From the NCBI RefSeq assembly GCF_000142905.1, contig NW_013657644.1, positions 115,697 through 179,696 on the forward strand: a DNA stretch of 64,000 nucleotides. The letters are read 5' to 3'. The notes below the pieces were generated by a model that worked only from the letters and a program-made list of their open reading frames with translations, searched no databases and was not told the origin of the DNA. Position numbers and translations under genes: made by a program. Source of the DNA: Thecamonas trahens ATCC 50062. Lineage: Eukaryota > Protista > Apusomonadida. Of this stretch, positions 43,950 to 54,540 are shown piece by piece (the stretch's first letter is position 1; each line of letters starts with the position of its first letter).

Positions 43950-46579
43950 CTACGCTTCGTCCGAGTCCATCAGCTCGGCCAGCCGCTCGGCACGCGCAGC
44001 ACGCCGCGCAGCACGCGACGACTCTTCACGCTTGAGAAAATCGATCGCGCTCTCGTCGACACCCTGCCGCGCCACCGGTCCGCCCTGGGCTCGGCCCTTG
44101 GGCACCCGCCGCCGAATGGTGCCCTTATGCACCCGCTTGAAGGTCCCTTGCCTGCTCTTGGGTGCTGCGCCCGTCGACGGCTCATCGTAGGCAGCGACGA
44201 CTCTGGGGCTTGTGTCGCGGACGAGCGTGCCGTGTGCCGTGACGCTGCGAGAGTCCGAGCCCACTTCAGGGCTCGCAGTCTGCGCAATCTGTGAGGGCTG
44301 GCCAGTTGCCTTTTCCATTTCGGCCGCAATTGCGTCGAGCACGCTCAGATCGAGGGCCACAGGCGGCGCTGTGTCGCCTTCGACCGTCGAGCCCGACGAC
44401 GCCCCGTCGTCGTCATCGTCGTCGTCGAGACCGTTAGCTCTGCGGACGTGCGGCGGCGCTGTGTCGCCTTCAACCGTCGAGCCGGAGCCGGCAGAGTCGT
44501 CGTCGTCGCCGTCGTCGGTAACTTCCTCGTACTCGTAGAGGTCGACGTCCTCGTACTCATACTCGCACGAGTCCGAGTCGGACTCGGGAACCGGGAGCCC
44601 GCGCTTGCGCTTCTCGTGGCGCGACCATGCCTTAAGCAAGCTCGACACTTTGTCGAGCGAGAGCTCCGAGTCGCGCTTGCCCGAGATAATCTGGCGCGCG
44701 GTGGCGGTGTGCGCCGGCACTGGCGCGTTGAGCGATGGTGACCGCACAGGAACCACGTCCAGTGCCGACCGGCTCGCCGGCGGTGGGCCAACAAGGTGCG
44801 GGCTCTGCGGCACCGCCATTGGGGGGCTCGCCAAGCCGGGCGCAGAAACCGAGAACGAGAATCCACCAATGTCCGCACTAAGATCCGAGACAAAGAGCGA
44901 GAACTCGGGGTCGTCAGGCATAGACGACATCGAGCCCGAAGCCATGCCCATCGGCGCAAACGATAAGCGGGTCGACATACGCTTGTAGTGCGATGAGTCG
45001 GCCGCAAGCGAGACCTTGACCAGCTCGGGTTCGGCGACCGTAGCGGCCTCGGTCGGCGAAAGCAGCTGGCCCTTAGACCCAGCGTCCAAGAGGCGGAACC
45101 ACTCTGCGGTGAGCTCAGTGTCGGGGGCAAAGAACACCAGGTCATTTTCAAGGCCGTCGAGGACAAGACGGACGGCCACCGCACCGGCGCCGTCAACGCC
45201 GTCGCCGCGGGTCTCGATAACAGCGTTGGCCACCACTAACCGGGTCGCCAGCGGCTTGATGGCCGACTTGCTCTCAAAGACATACAGCCGAAAGCCCGCG
45301 AGCATGAGGTATCGCGGTGACCAGATCGTCTTCTTCCCGCTCTGCGAAGCCACAAAGGCGTCCGACGCAAAATGCGCCGTCCGCTTGAGGAAAAGACTGA
45401 AACCGAACGCGAGTCCAGCGACGCCTCGTACTCCTCGGGGTGCGAGAGCTGCGGAACCACAATCGGCTCAAAGGCCGCCGACTGCGCCACCGTCACCCGC
45501 CAGCAGTAGTACTCCCACGCCGACGGCGCTTTGAGCAAGACCCGCGCCACCGCGCCGGTGGCCACCGCCGGCGCCAGCGCAAACACGTACAGACCATAGG
45601 CGGAACCCACAGGCTTGGCCACAGTCTGCAGCGTAGGAACCGAGAAGAGTGATGCCTGGCCGGTGCCCTCCTTGTCGTAAAAGTAAAGAACTTGCCCGCG
45701 GAGGACAGCGTAAAAGGTGCGCCACGCCGAGCCGTCCGATGACAGCTGCAAGTACGAGGCATAGCCAACCATGTCGGCGGCTGGCAGGACCGAGAGCCGC
45801 TGCAGCCGGACGCGATCGGCAATTTCGCCGCTGCCGTCATGCGACGGCCCGTCGGGGCTGAGCAACGTGTCGTAGGCCGCCTTGGACGGCGAGCTCGACG
45901 CCGAGTCTCCACCCGAGGCAACCCCGTTCTCAGCCGAGGCATCGAGAAAGGCGCGGATGGAGGCGACGACACGCGGGCGGTCAAAGCGCTCCATTGCCGC
46001 GGCGAGCTCGGCCGGACTGGCATCAGGCCGCTCGGTGATGTCGGACAGAGACTCTGTCCGAGTGGTGGCAAGCGCCAGGAGGCGAATCCACTTTGCGCAC
46101 TGCGCCGAGTCGGAGCAGCGGAAGTAGAGCGTGAGCAGGCCGGCCGAGTCGGAGTTCTTGCGCTTTTCGGTGAGCATCGAGGTCTTACGGATGGTCTTTG
46201 TGGAGGCCTTTGCGGCGGCAGGCGAGAGGACCGACGAGGCAAAGTTGAGATATGCAGCCGGGAGAGCAAGGCCCCATGCGGTGGTCTCACCGGTGACAGA
46301 CCAGGCCGGACCGGCGATGCAGGCCGGGTTGAGGCGGAGGTAGCCGATAGGTGGCGAGTTGTAGGCCTCTGGCTTGTACCACAGCAGATAGAGCGAGTCT
46401 GCAGAGGAAGCCCTCGGATCATCATCAAAGTGCGTGGTGAGGACAGCCACCCGCTCGCTCCACTTGTTCTTCTTCTTCCGCAGCAAGCCCATGCCCAGCG
46501 AGAGCTCCTCCACCACTCCTGAGTAGAGGCAATTGGCCGTCACCGTCGCCAGTGCCATGTCCGTCCCTCCTGTCGCCAT
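43950..46579 (-). CDS. Multi-PH-domain protein; frame discontinuity near 45391-45431; 5' end uncertain
   Basis: Three PH-like units (KWSERVAVL...KWIRLL; WRTFYAVLRGQVLYFYD; WSPRYLMLAGFRLYVFE...EWFRLL) split over two overlapping ORFs. Confidence 0.7.
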
Positions 46580-46713
46580 CTGTACTCTCTCTGTGCGTAT
46601 GTATGTGAGAGGGGGGAGGGGGAGGAGGAGGGGGGGCGGGGGGCAGGGGGGGTGAGGTGTGGTTCCATGGCTGCATACTGGACGTGGGGAGGGGAGAGAG
46701 AGAGTGCTCCCCT

Positions 46714-47049
46714 GGGGGGATCCACCACTCTGCACGGCACGCGTGATCAGCTGCGCGTAATGGAGTGAGCGGATGTGGATGGGGGGATCGGCCACTCTGC
46801 ACGGCACGCGTGATCAGCTGCGCGTAATGGAGTGAGCGGATGTGGATGGGGGGATCGGCCACTCTGCACGGCACGCGTGATCGGCTGCGCGTAATGGAGT
46901 GAGCGGATGTGGATGGGGGGATCGGCCACTCTGCACGGCACGCGTGATCGGCTGCGCGTAATGGAGTGAGCGGATGTGGATGGGGGGATCGGCCACTCTG
47001 TACGGCACGCGTGATCAGCTGCGCGTGATGGAGTGAGCGGATGTGGATG
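46714..47049. repeat. 67-bp minisatellite, about 5 copies, each with an internal inverted repeat
   Basis: CCACTCTG recurs at 46725, 46792, 46859, 46926 and 46993. Confidence 0.95.
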
Positions 47050-47271
47050 AGGTCGATGACAGTGGCCCAGCCCGGGGGCTACGATCCAGAGATTGGAAGA
47101 GGAAGGGGAGGGGAGGGGAGGGGGTACCAACATCTCGACCATCACCATCGGCATTGCATCCAAGCCGTCATCCCACCCTCCTCTCTTCCTCCATCAACCA
47201 GTCGTCAGCTGATGCGATGATCAAAGCGTGGAAGAAGTGAACCCCTTCCCCCCCCCCCCGCCCTCCTCTGG

Positions 47272-49328
47272 ATGGCACACAATGACACCTCCTCAACCAT
47301 CAGCTCTGTCGGAGGAAGATCAAATCCATACCGAAATGTGCGTCTCATCGGCTGCCGAGGTGGTGGCAATCCGATGAGGGTGAGTGTCGGCCCGCTGGAG
47401 TCGGCGCACTCCTCGGACGACGACAGTACAGCGGACGCGAGCGCAAGCGCAGGACGCCTGCACCGCTCTCTGCCGCCCTGACGTGGACGAGGAAGGAAGG
47501 AGTGAGCAGCAGTGGTGCCGGCTATGCAAGGCAGTGGCGCTCGGAAGGAGCAGAGGCTGCGGCTGCGGACGGCGGCAACAGAGTCCAGTGCGTCTGATGG
47601 TGGCGGCGGTGCTGAGCGCGACGAGGCGGAGTCGAGCTCATCAGACAGCGGTGACGGCAAAGGCGGCGGTGGAAGTGATGCCGGAAGCGGTAATGGCTCG
47701 TCAGTGCTCGATGGGAGGGTGCAGAGTGAGGAATCCGCGGGAGATGATGCCGGGCTGGGCGTCGCGGTCGAGCTCAACAGCATCAATGTGGATACGGCAG
47801 CGGGAGGGATGCTCTACTGCACTCGCCGTCGGCTGTGGCGATGAGGCCGTCGCCAACAGCGCTGCACTCGCTAGCTCGGCGCCGGAGATCGATCGGCCCG
47901 ACGTTTGACATGGACATGGACAGCTTTGCCGCTCGCGATCTAAGACTGCTGACCGAGGTTGCAGCCGGCCCGCCGGCGCCGTCGCCAGTAAGCGCGGCAA
48001 GCCCGGCGGCTGCACCGTCGGGCGTCGAGGTGCTCTCTGACGAAGCGCGGGTTGATCTGCTCATGGAGAGCTCGTTTCATGGCCTGCCGCTGCAGCTGTC
48101 GATGGACCTGGAAGCCGACGGGCCGGCCGAGCTGGACGGCAAAACCATTCCGTCGGTGCTGGCGGTTGAGCACGCGCTTGTGGAGACCCAGCGCGTCTCA
48201 CGATACCTTTACGGGAGTAATGTCAAGCTAGGCACAACACCGCGGCATCTGACGTCGTCGCCGCTGCACAAGACGCTCGGCAGCCTCATCAACAACTTTG
48301 CGGCGACTGCGAGCCTCGACGATCTGGCGCCGCTGTTGACTGCGGCAAGCGATGAGAGTAGCGGCAACAGCGCGGTGGACAAGACGTGGTGGCTTGACAT
48401 TGCCTCGCCTACCGAAGATGACATGCGTGTCCTTGCGCGGCTCCTGCATCTACACCCGATCACAGTGGAGGATTGCCTTACCGGCGAGTCGCGCGAAAAG
48501 TGGGAGGTCTTTGACGCCTTTCCACGAGCGTATCTCTTTTGCGTCGCGCATGAGCCATCGCGGGATAGCTTTACATCGAGCGCGGCAGCGAGCCCAGGCG
48601 CGCTTGCGGCAACAAGCCCGGTGATGGCGATCGTGACCGCAACCGGGATTGTGACGCTCCATCACGAGCCGGTCGACTCTGTAGCAGCTGTCATCCGGCG
48701 GCTGGCGGTGGTGTACTCGGGCCGGATCCCGTCGCCCGACTGGATCTTGTACGCAGTGCTTGACGTCGGAGTTGATGTCTTTGACGGCATCACGACAAGT
48801 ATTGTGGACGGAATCTTTGCAGTCGACGATCTGGTCCTGGTCCTGCCGGCGTCTGAGGAGTCGGACATGCTGCGGCGGATGAAGGTCGTGCGGGCTAAGC
48901 AGGCGCAGCAGCGGCGAGTGCTGTTGCCCAAGAAGAACCTGCTGTTGACGCTCTCGTCGCGGGAGATTGCGTACATCTCTCATGCGGTTCAGATCTATCT
49001 CCGCGATGTACTGGATCACACGGTGGAGCAGCTGCAGGCGCTCGAAGCGACACGCGACATCCTCAATGCTGCACACTCCAACTATCTGGCCTCGATCCAT
49101 CTCGAGCTCACGCGGTCGTCGAAGAAGATCAACGACGAGATGGCCAAGCTATCAATTGCGGCAACGCTTTTCCTCCCGCTCACGCTCATCACCTCACTGT
49201 GGGGCATGAACGTCAAGGTTCCTGGCGAGGATGCGGGCGTGTGGTGGTTTTGGGGTATTGCCGGCGGCTGTGTCGTGGTCATGATCGCCATGGGCGCGTA
49301 CCTCATGCGCAAGTTTAGCGACCTGTAG
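47272..49328 (+). CDS. CorA/ALR-MNR2-type Mg2+ transporter; N-terminal region has frame breaks at about 47478, 47506 and 47808
   Basis: WWLDIASPT, LHPITVED, IYLRDVLDH, and two C-terminal TMs with the WGMNVKVPG (GMN) signature. Confidence 0.88.
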
Positions 49329-50874
49329 ATCGACTGCTCGCGGCTGTGGCGACAAGCTGGCGGACAAGGCCGCGGACGGCAGAGTACATGTCTGCGTCGG
49401 CCGAGAGGGGTGGATGCGCAGCGACAGCGCGCTGCATGATGGTCAACTCGCGCTGGTGCGAGTCAACCAGCATGGCCGAATCGGCAAGCGCCTGGGTGAC
49501 GGCGGCGCGGACTCGCGCCGGAATGTCTTGGGTGAGCGCTGCGTCGAGGACAGCCGCGGCAAGCTCACCATCAGCGGCCTCGTCACCGCTCCACGATGGC
49601 AGCGAGTCCGAGTCGGAGAGCCGCCGCGCCGCCGAGCGACGGCGCGACGACCGCGGCGGGCTCTTGACCGGCGACGGCGACCAGTCGGGCTTGCGCTGGC
49701 CGACTTTCCAAGTTGCAAACGAAGTAAAGGAAGGAAGAGGCGAGGCCGGCGGCGAGCTTGGTGCAGCTCGGGTCCGGGCTTGTGCGCGCCGCGGCGGCGT
49801 GGTTGGCGGCGGCGAGTGGAGTCGCGGGCGATCCCGCCGCGGCTCGACGGCACGACGGGCCAGTGCGGCGCCAACAGCAGCACGCGAGCGCTTCTTCGCC
49901 TTGGTTCTCGCACGGTGGGCCGGCACGTGGCGAGCGAGCGCGTCATGGACGGCGACAGGCACGGTGTCGGCAAGCAGGCCCTTGACCTCGAGAAGGATGT
50001 CATGTCGAAGCGAGGCGCGAGCGGCGGCGTCGGGCGCGAGTGCGCCGGCCCGAGGCGGTGACGGTGGGGCGCGGAGTGCGGCACGGGCAGCGGCCCCGGC
50101 CTTGGACTCCAGGAGCGCAGCCAGTCGCGTTTCCATGGCATCCATTTTGGCCTCCTGGGCGGCAGCAACCGCGCGAGCGTCAGCCTGGGCCGAGTCGAGG
50201 ACGCGTCGGACATCATCCATCAAGACGCTGATCTTTGACTCGAGCGATGCTGAGCGCTCCGGACTCTGCGATCTGCGCTGTGGACGAAGCTTGCGGCCAC
50301 GCGGGGCAGGAGCACGACTCTTGCGCCTTGTCGGGTGCTCCTCCGACGGCGACTGGTCCAGCGGACGTTGGCGGTGCTGCAGATCGAGGACCTGCGATTG
50401 CAGGCGGACCAGTTGCTCGCTTAGAGTGGCGACGTGGGAGGTAAGCCCCTGGAACGCGGAGGCGAGCGCAGCCACCTGCGCCTCAACTCGCATGACATCA
50501 GCCTCTGACGAGAGCAGAGCCGATGGCGAGGGGGCAAAGGGCGACGACGACGCGAACGGCAAGGGCGCCGGATGCGGAGCGGCCCACTCGGACGACACCG
50601 GGCGAGGCACGAGGCGTGTTGCGGAGGAAGGAGAAGCCGAAGCATCGGGAGCAGCCGGTGCAGCAGCCGAGGCAGCAGCCGATGCAGCAGCCGATGCAGC
50701 AGCCGATGCAGCAGCCGATGCAGCAGTCGATGGGCTAGCTCGGCTTGCCGGCGCCTGCATGGACGACAGCTGTTTGTCCAGGTCCGAGAGGAACGACGAG
50801 GCTTCACCGGTAGGTGTTGCCGCCTCTCTGCTGCTGTATGGGTGTGACGGTTCTGGAGTGGCGCTCCCGGTCAT
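49315..50874 (-). CDS. Hypothetical low-complexity coiled-coil protein
   Basis: Open frame from ATG 50874 with heptad segments (VAALASAFQGLTSHVATLSEQLVRLQSQV). The upstream part of the listed ORF is C-tract and antisense sequence. Confidence 0.55.
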   Translation of the reverse strand: MTGSATPEPSHPYSSREAATPTGEASSFLSDLDKQLSSMQAPASRASPSTAASAAASAAASAAASAAASAAAPAAPDASASPSSATRLVPRPVSSEWAAPHPAPLPFASSSPFAPSPSALLSSEADVMRVEAQVAALASAFQGLTSHVATLSEQLVRLQSQVLDLQHRQRPLDQSPSEEHPTRRKSRAPAPRGRKLRPQRRSQSPERSASLESKISVLMDDVRRVLDSAQADARAVAAAQEAKMDAMETRLAALLESKAGAAARAALRAPPSPPRAGALAPDAAARASLRHDILLEVKGLLADTVPVAVHDALARHVPAHRARTKAKKRSRAAVGAALARRAVEPRRDRPRLHSPPPTTPPRRAQARTRAAPSSPPASPLPSFTSFATWKVGQRKPDWSPSPVKSPPRSSRRRSAARRLSDSDSLPSWSGDEAADGELAAAVLDAALTQDIPARVRAAVTQALADSAMLVDSHQRELTIMQRAVAAHPPLSADADMYSAVRGLVRQLVATAASSRSTGR

Positions 50875-50959
50875 GGTGGTGACAAAGAGGGGGGGGGGGG
50901 GGGCGAGGGACGGGTGCCCGGTGACCGGTGGCAGCTTGGGGCGGCTGGTTGAGTGACTG

Positions 50960-51150
50960 GCGAGTGGTTGGGTGAGTGGGCGGGCGGTTGGGCGGGCGGT
51001 TGGGCGAGTGGTTGGGCCGAGTGGTTGGGCCGAGTGGGTGGGCCGAGTGGGTGGGCCAAGTGGGTGGGCGGTTGGGCGAGTGGTTGGGCAGTTGGGCGGT
51101 ATGATGGCTGGGCGGTTGGGTGAGTGGTGGTGGTTGGGTGAGTGGTGGCA
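50960..51150. repeat. Degenerate G-rich short-unit repeat (GGGCGGTT / GGGCCGAGTGGTT) between divergent genes
   Basis: Directly visible. Regularly spaced GGG runs. Confidence 0.7.
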
Positions 51151-51189
51151 AAGGCAGTTGCAGGAGGTAACACCGCACTCTCTGAAAGT

Positions 51190-52747
51190 ATGCCTGGACC
51201 ACAGAGCCAGCAACGGGATGTGTCCATGGCCGAGCTGAACCAGGTATGTGTTCTGTTTTTGTGTGGAAGGGGAGGAGGGGAGGGGAGGGGAGGGGGAAGG
51301 GAGAGGGAAAAGGGGCGGTGGCGGTGGTGATGGACCACGACCTCTTTTTCCCGCCGTTGGACAGGGGCTTCTGCGGCTGGTGGGGGAAGGGGGGAAGGGG
51401 ATGGGGATGGGTGAAGGGGTGGGAATGGAATGTAGTGGTGGCAGAGAGAGGGGGGGAGGGGGGGGGGGGGGGAGCGATGGGCCCAGGGGGCGGGGCATGC
51501 TAGGGTGGTGGTCCGGGCAGGCGGCCGTTGGAGAGGAGGCGGAGACCAACGTGTGCAGAAAGGGGGGGGGGGGGGGGATCGATGGACAACTCACAGGCAG
51601 AGGGTGCGGACATGGGGTTGGGGGGGAGGAATAGCTTCGGTCGCAGCTGGCGGTGGTGAAGCAGTCTGCGCGGCGGTCGCTGAGTGAGAAGGAGGACGAG
51701 CTGGCCCGGCTGACGGCGGAGAACGCCGAGCTGCAGGCGCTGCTGGCGGACCAGGCGGCGTCAGCGTCGGTGGCAGAGCGGCAGCACCGTGTGGAGAGCC
51801 TCAATGCGCAGCTGGTCAAGGTTAAGACGCAGCTGGATTCGATTGAGAGCGAGCGGGCGCAGCTGCGGGCACAGCTGGAATCTGCCATGGCCGAGCGTGA
51901 GCGGACGCAGTCTAAGCTGACCAAGGCCAATGCGGTGGCGCAGTCGCTCGAGGACGAGCTGGTGGCGTCGACTGAGGAGGCTGCGCAGCTGGAGGCTCAT
52001 CTGCGGGAGCTGGAAGCCGAGCTTGCGACGCCGCTGCCGACGCGCGGCGAGTCGGAGACTGCACGCCGGCTGTACATGAACCTGGCAACAGTGCGACAGG
52101 AGCAGGAGAAGCTGCGGGGCCAGCTGGCGACGGCCAAGAACGACTGTGACGTCAAGCGTGCGCAGCTTGTCGAGCTGCATGCCAAGCTGCGGCGTTCGGC
52201 AGGCGTGCTGGCGCAGCGTGACGCGCAGCTGGCAGACGCGCAACGGCGGTCGGCCGACGCGCTGCAGCATGCGCTCGACGCTGCCAAGGCCAACCCGGAC
52301 TCGGTCTCACGAGTCCACGACGCTATGGCGGTCTCGGACTCGAAGGATGTACAGATCGAGATCCTGACGGCCAAGGCCCGCGACACAGACGCCATCACCC
52401 TCGACCTGCTCGAGTTCCTCAAGTCGTGCGCTCCGCAGCGCGTGTCGGCCTACCAGCAGGAGATCCCGGTCCCGCAGCGGACCGCCGGCCCGCGCATGGT
52501 CCAGAAGGCGTACGAGCCGTCGACCATGTATTCGCTGCCGGCTTCGGCCCGCGCACCGCCGTCGGCCGCCGGCACATATGCCTCGGGCAACGGGCCGTCG
52601 ACCTATGCGTCGGCCGCAAGCTCTTCGGCCGCGCCGCAGCCGCGCTACGCCCCGGTCAAGGAGGAGAACTGGCAAGACAAGGCTGCCGAGCTTGATGCGC
52701 AGCTGGCGAGCCTCAAGGCTCAGCAGCAGCAGCAGTACGGCCGCTGA
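51190..52747 (+). CDS. Hypothetical long coiled-coil protein; exons 51190-51243 and 51635-52747
   Basis: Intron GTATGT...AACTCAC...TAG joins MAELNQ|LRSQLAVVKQ in phase 0. Confidence 0.7.
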
Positions 52748-52773
52748 GGCACGTTTACCTCCTCCGTGCCACG

Positions 52774-54262
52774 CTACAGCAGGTACTTCGCGTGGAAGGC
52801 AATGTGATCCTCGACAAAGGTTGCGATAAAGTAGTACGAGTGGTCGTATCCGTCCTGCATGCGCAGTTCGACGTCGAGCTGGTCGTTGGCGGCAGCAGCG
52901 GCGGCAAGTGTCTCCGGCAGCAGCTGGTGCTCCTTGAGGAACTGGTCGTCGGTGCCCTGGTCGACGAGGACGTCGATCTTGGGCCCAGCGTAGCTGCGGG
53001 CGAGAACCGAGGCGTCGTATGCCTCCCAGGCGGTCTTGTCGTCGTCACCGAGGTAGCCAGTAAAGGCCTTGACGCCCCAGGGACAGTTGATTGGGTTGCA
53101 GATGGGCGCAAAGGCCGAGGCCGACGCATAGCGGCCCGGGTTAGAGAGCGCGAGTACAAGCGCGCCGTGGCCGCCCATGGAATGACCAAAGATGGCCTCC
53201 TTAGAGCCAACAGCCAGCTCGGGGAAGTTGGCCTTGAGCACGCCCGGCAGCTCGTCGACAACGTAATCGTACATGCGGTAGTGCTGCGACCATGGGTCGC
53301 GCGTGGCGTTGAGGTAAAAGCCTGCGCCCGAGCCGAAGTCGTACGACTCGTCCTCACCGGGCAGATCGACGCCGCGCGGCGAGGTGTCCGGGCAGATAAG
53401 CGCCAGACCGGCCTTGGCAGCCGCAGCCTGGGCGTAGCCCTTGGTGGCAAAGTTCTCCGACGTGCATGTCAGGCCCGAGAGATAGTACAGGACCGGCGTC
53501 GACGCCGGCGCCGGTGACTCTGTCGAGGTCGGCGGGTGGAAAACCCGGAACTCCATCGTGCACTTGAGCACGCTGGAGTACTGCAGTTCGACGCCCGTGG
53601 CGTAACACGCCGAGAATATTGGCAACGTCCCATCGCTCCAGGAAGACCAGTCATCGCCCCACCATTCATCGCCCCACCATTCATCGCCCCATCAGTCATC
53701 GCCCCGCCAGTCATCGCCCCACCAGCCATCGCCCCACCAACCATCGCCCCGCCAGTCATCGCCCCACCATTCATCGCCCCACCATTCATCGCCCCACCAT
53801 TCATCGCCCCATCAGTCATCGCCCCACCATTCATCGCCCCATCAGTCATCGCCCCGCCAGCCATCGCCCCGCCAGTCATCGCCCCACCATTCATCGCCCC
53901 ACCATTCATCGCCCCGCCAGCCATCGCCCCATCAGTCATCGCCCCACCATTCATCGCCCCATCAGTCATCGCCCCACCAGTCATCGCCCCACCAGTCATC
54001 GCCCCACCATTCATCGCCCCACCAGTCATCGCCCCACCAGCCATCGCCCCACCATTCATCGCCCCACCAGCCATCGCCCCACCAGCCATCGCCCCACCAG
54101 CCATCGCCCCAGGAAAGACCACGCCATCCATGAGTCAGTCCCCTTCCTCCCCCCTCCTCCCCTTCCCCCTTCCCCGCACACGTAACGTACATGCGAGTAC
54201 AGGGCCATAAGCCCCCCAAACATGCGGTTGGAGGAAACGAGCTTAAAGGCAGAGTCAGCCAT
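52774..54262 (-). CDS. ESD: S-formylglutathione hydrolase (esterase D); exons 54262-54191 and 53580-52774
   Basis: [35 protein letters not shown]. Exon 1 [17 protein letters not shown]...YSH is joined by intron GTACGT...CAG. Confidence 0.95.
53647..54111. repeat. 15-bp minisatellite (about 31 variant copies) inside the ESD intron
   Basis: CATCGCCCC core with variable flanks (ACCATT/ACCAGC/GCCAGT/ATCAGT). Confidence 0.95.
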
Positions 54263-54459
54263 GGTACACAAGACAAGACAACGAGTTCTACACAGAGACA
54301 AGTGATACCAATGCCCATGCCCCCCCCCCCCCCCCTCTACACACCCCTTGCCCGTCACCACCAACAAAGCCACCAGCGAGGCAACAACCAAGTCGCAGTA
54401 GACAGCCACAGCAGCCACACCGCACTCCCAGTAGACAGCCACAGCAGCCACACCGCACT

Positions 54460-54461
<2 letters not shown>

Positions 54462-54523
<62 letters not shown>

Positions 54524-54538
54524 TACATACATACATAC
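54462..54538. repeat. (CA)n/(CATA)n microsatellite immediately before the JmjC start
   Basis: Directly visible. Similar tracts occur at 15640-15670, 17720-17800 and 38515-38561. Confidence 0.9.
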
Positions 54539-54540
54539 CA

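Noticed and set aside
46714-47049. CRISPR array interpretation of this and the other minisatellites
   Set aside because: Units are contiguous with no unique spacers, there are no cas genes, and the context is eukaryotic.
47479-47505. Selenocysteine or UGA reassignment in CorA
   Set aside because: The TGAs lie in a non-conserved low-complexity region, no SECIS was seen, and TGA is the normal stop for many genes in the window.
53469-54210. GGAMx / IAPPx repeat ORFs
   Set aside because: They lie inside the ESD intron, whose flanking exons join cleanly into a conserved enzyme.
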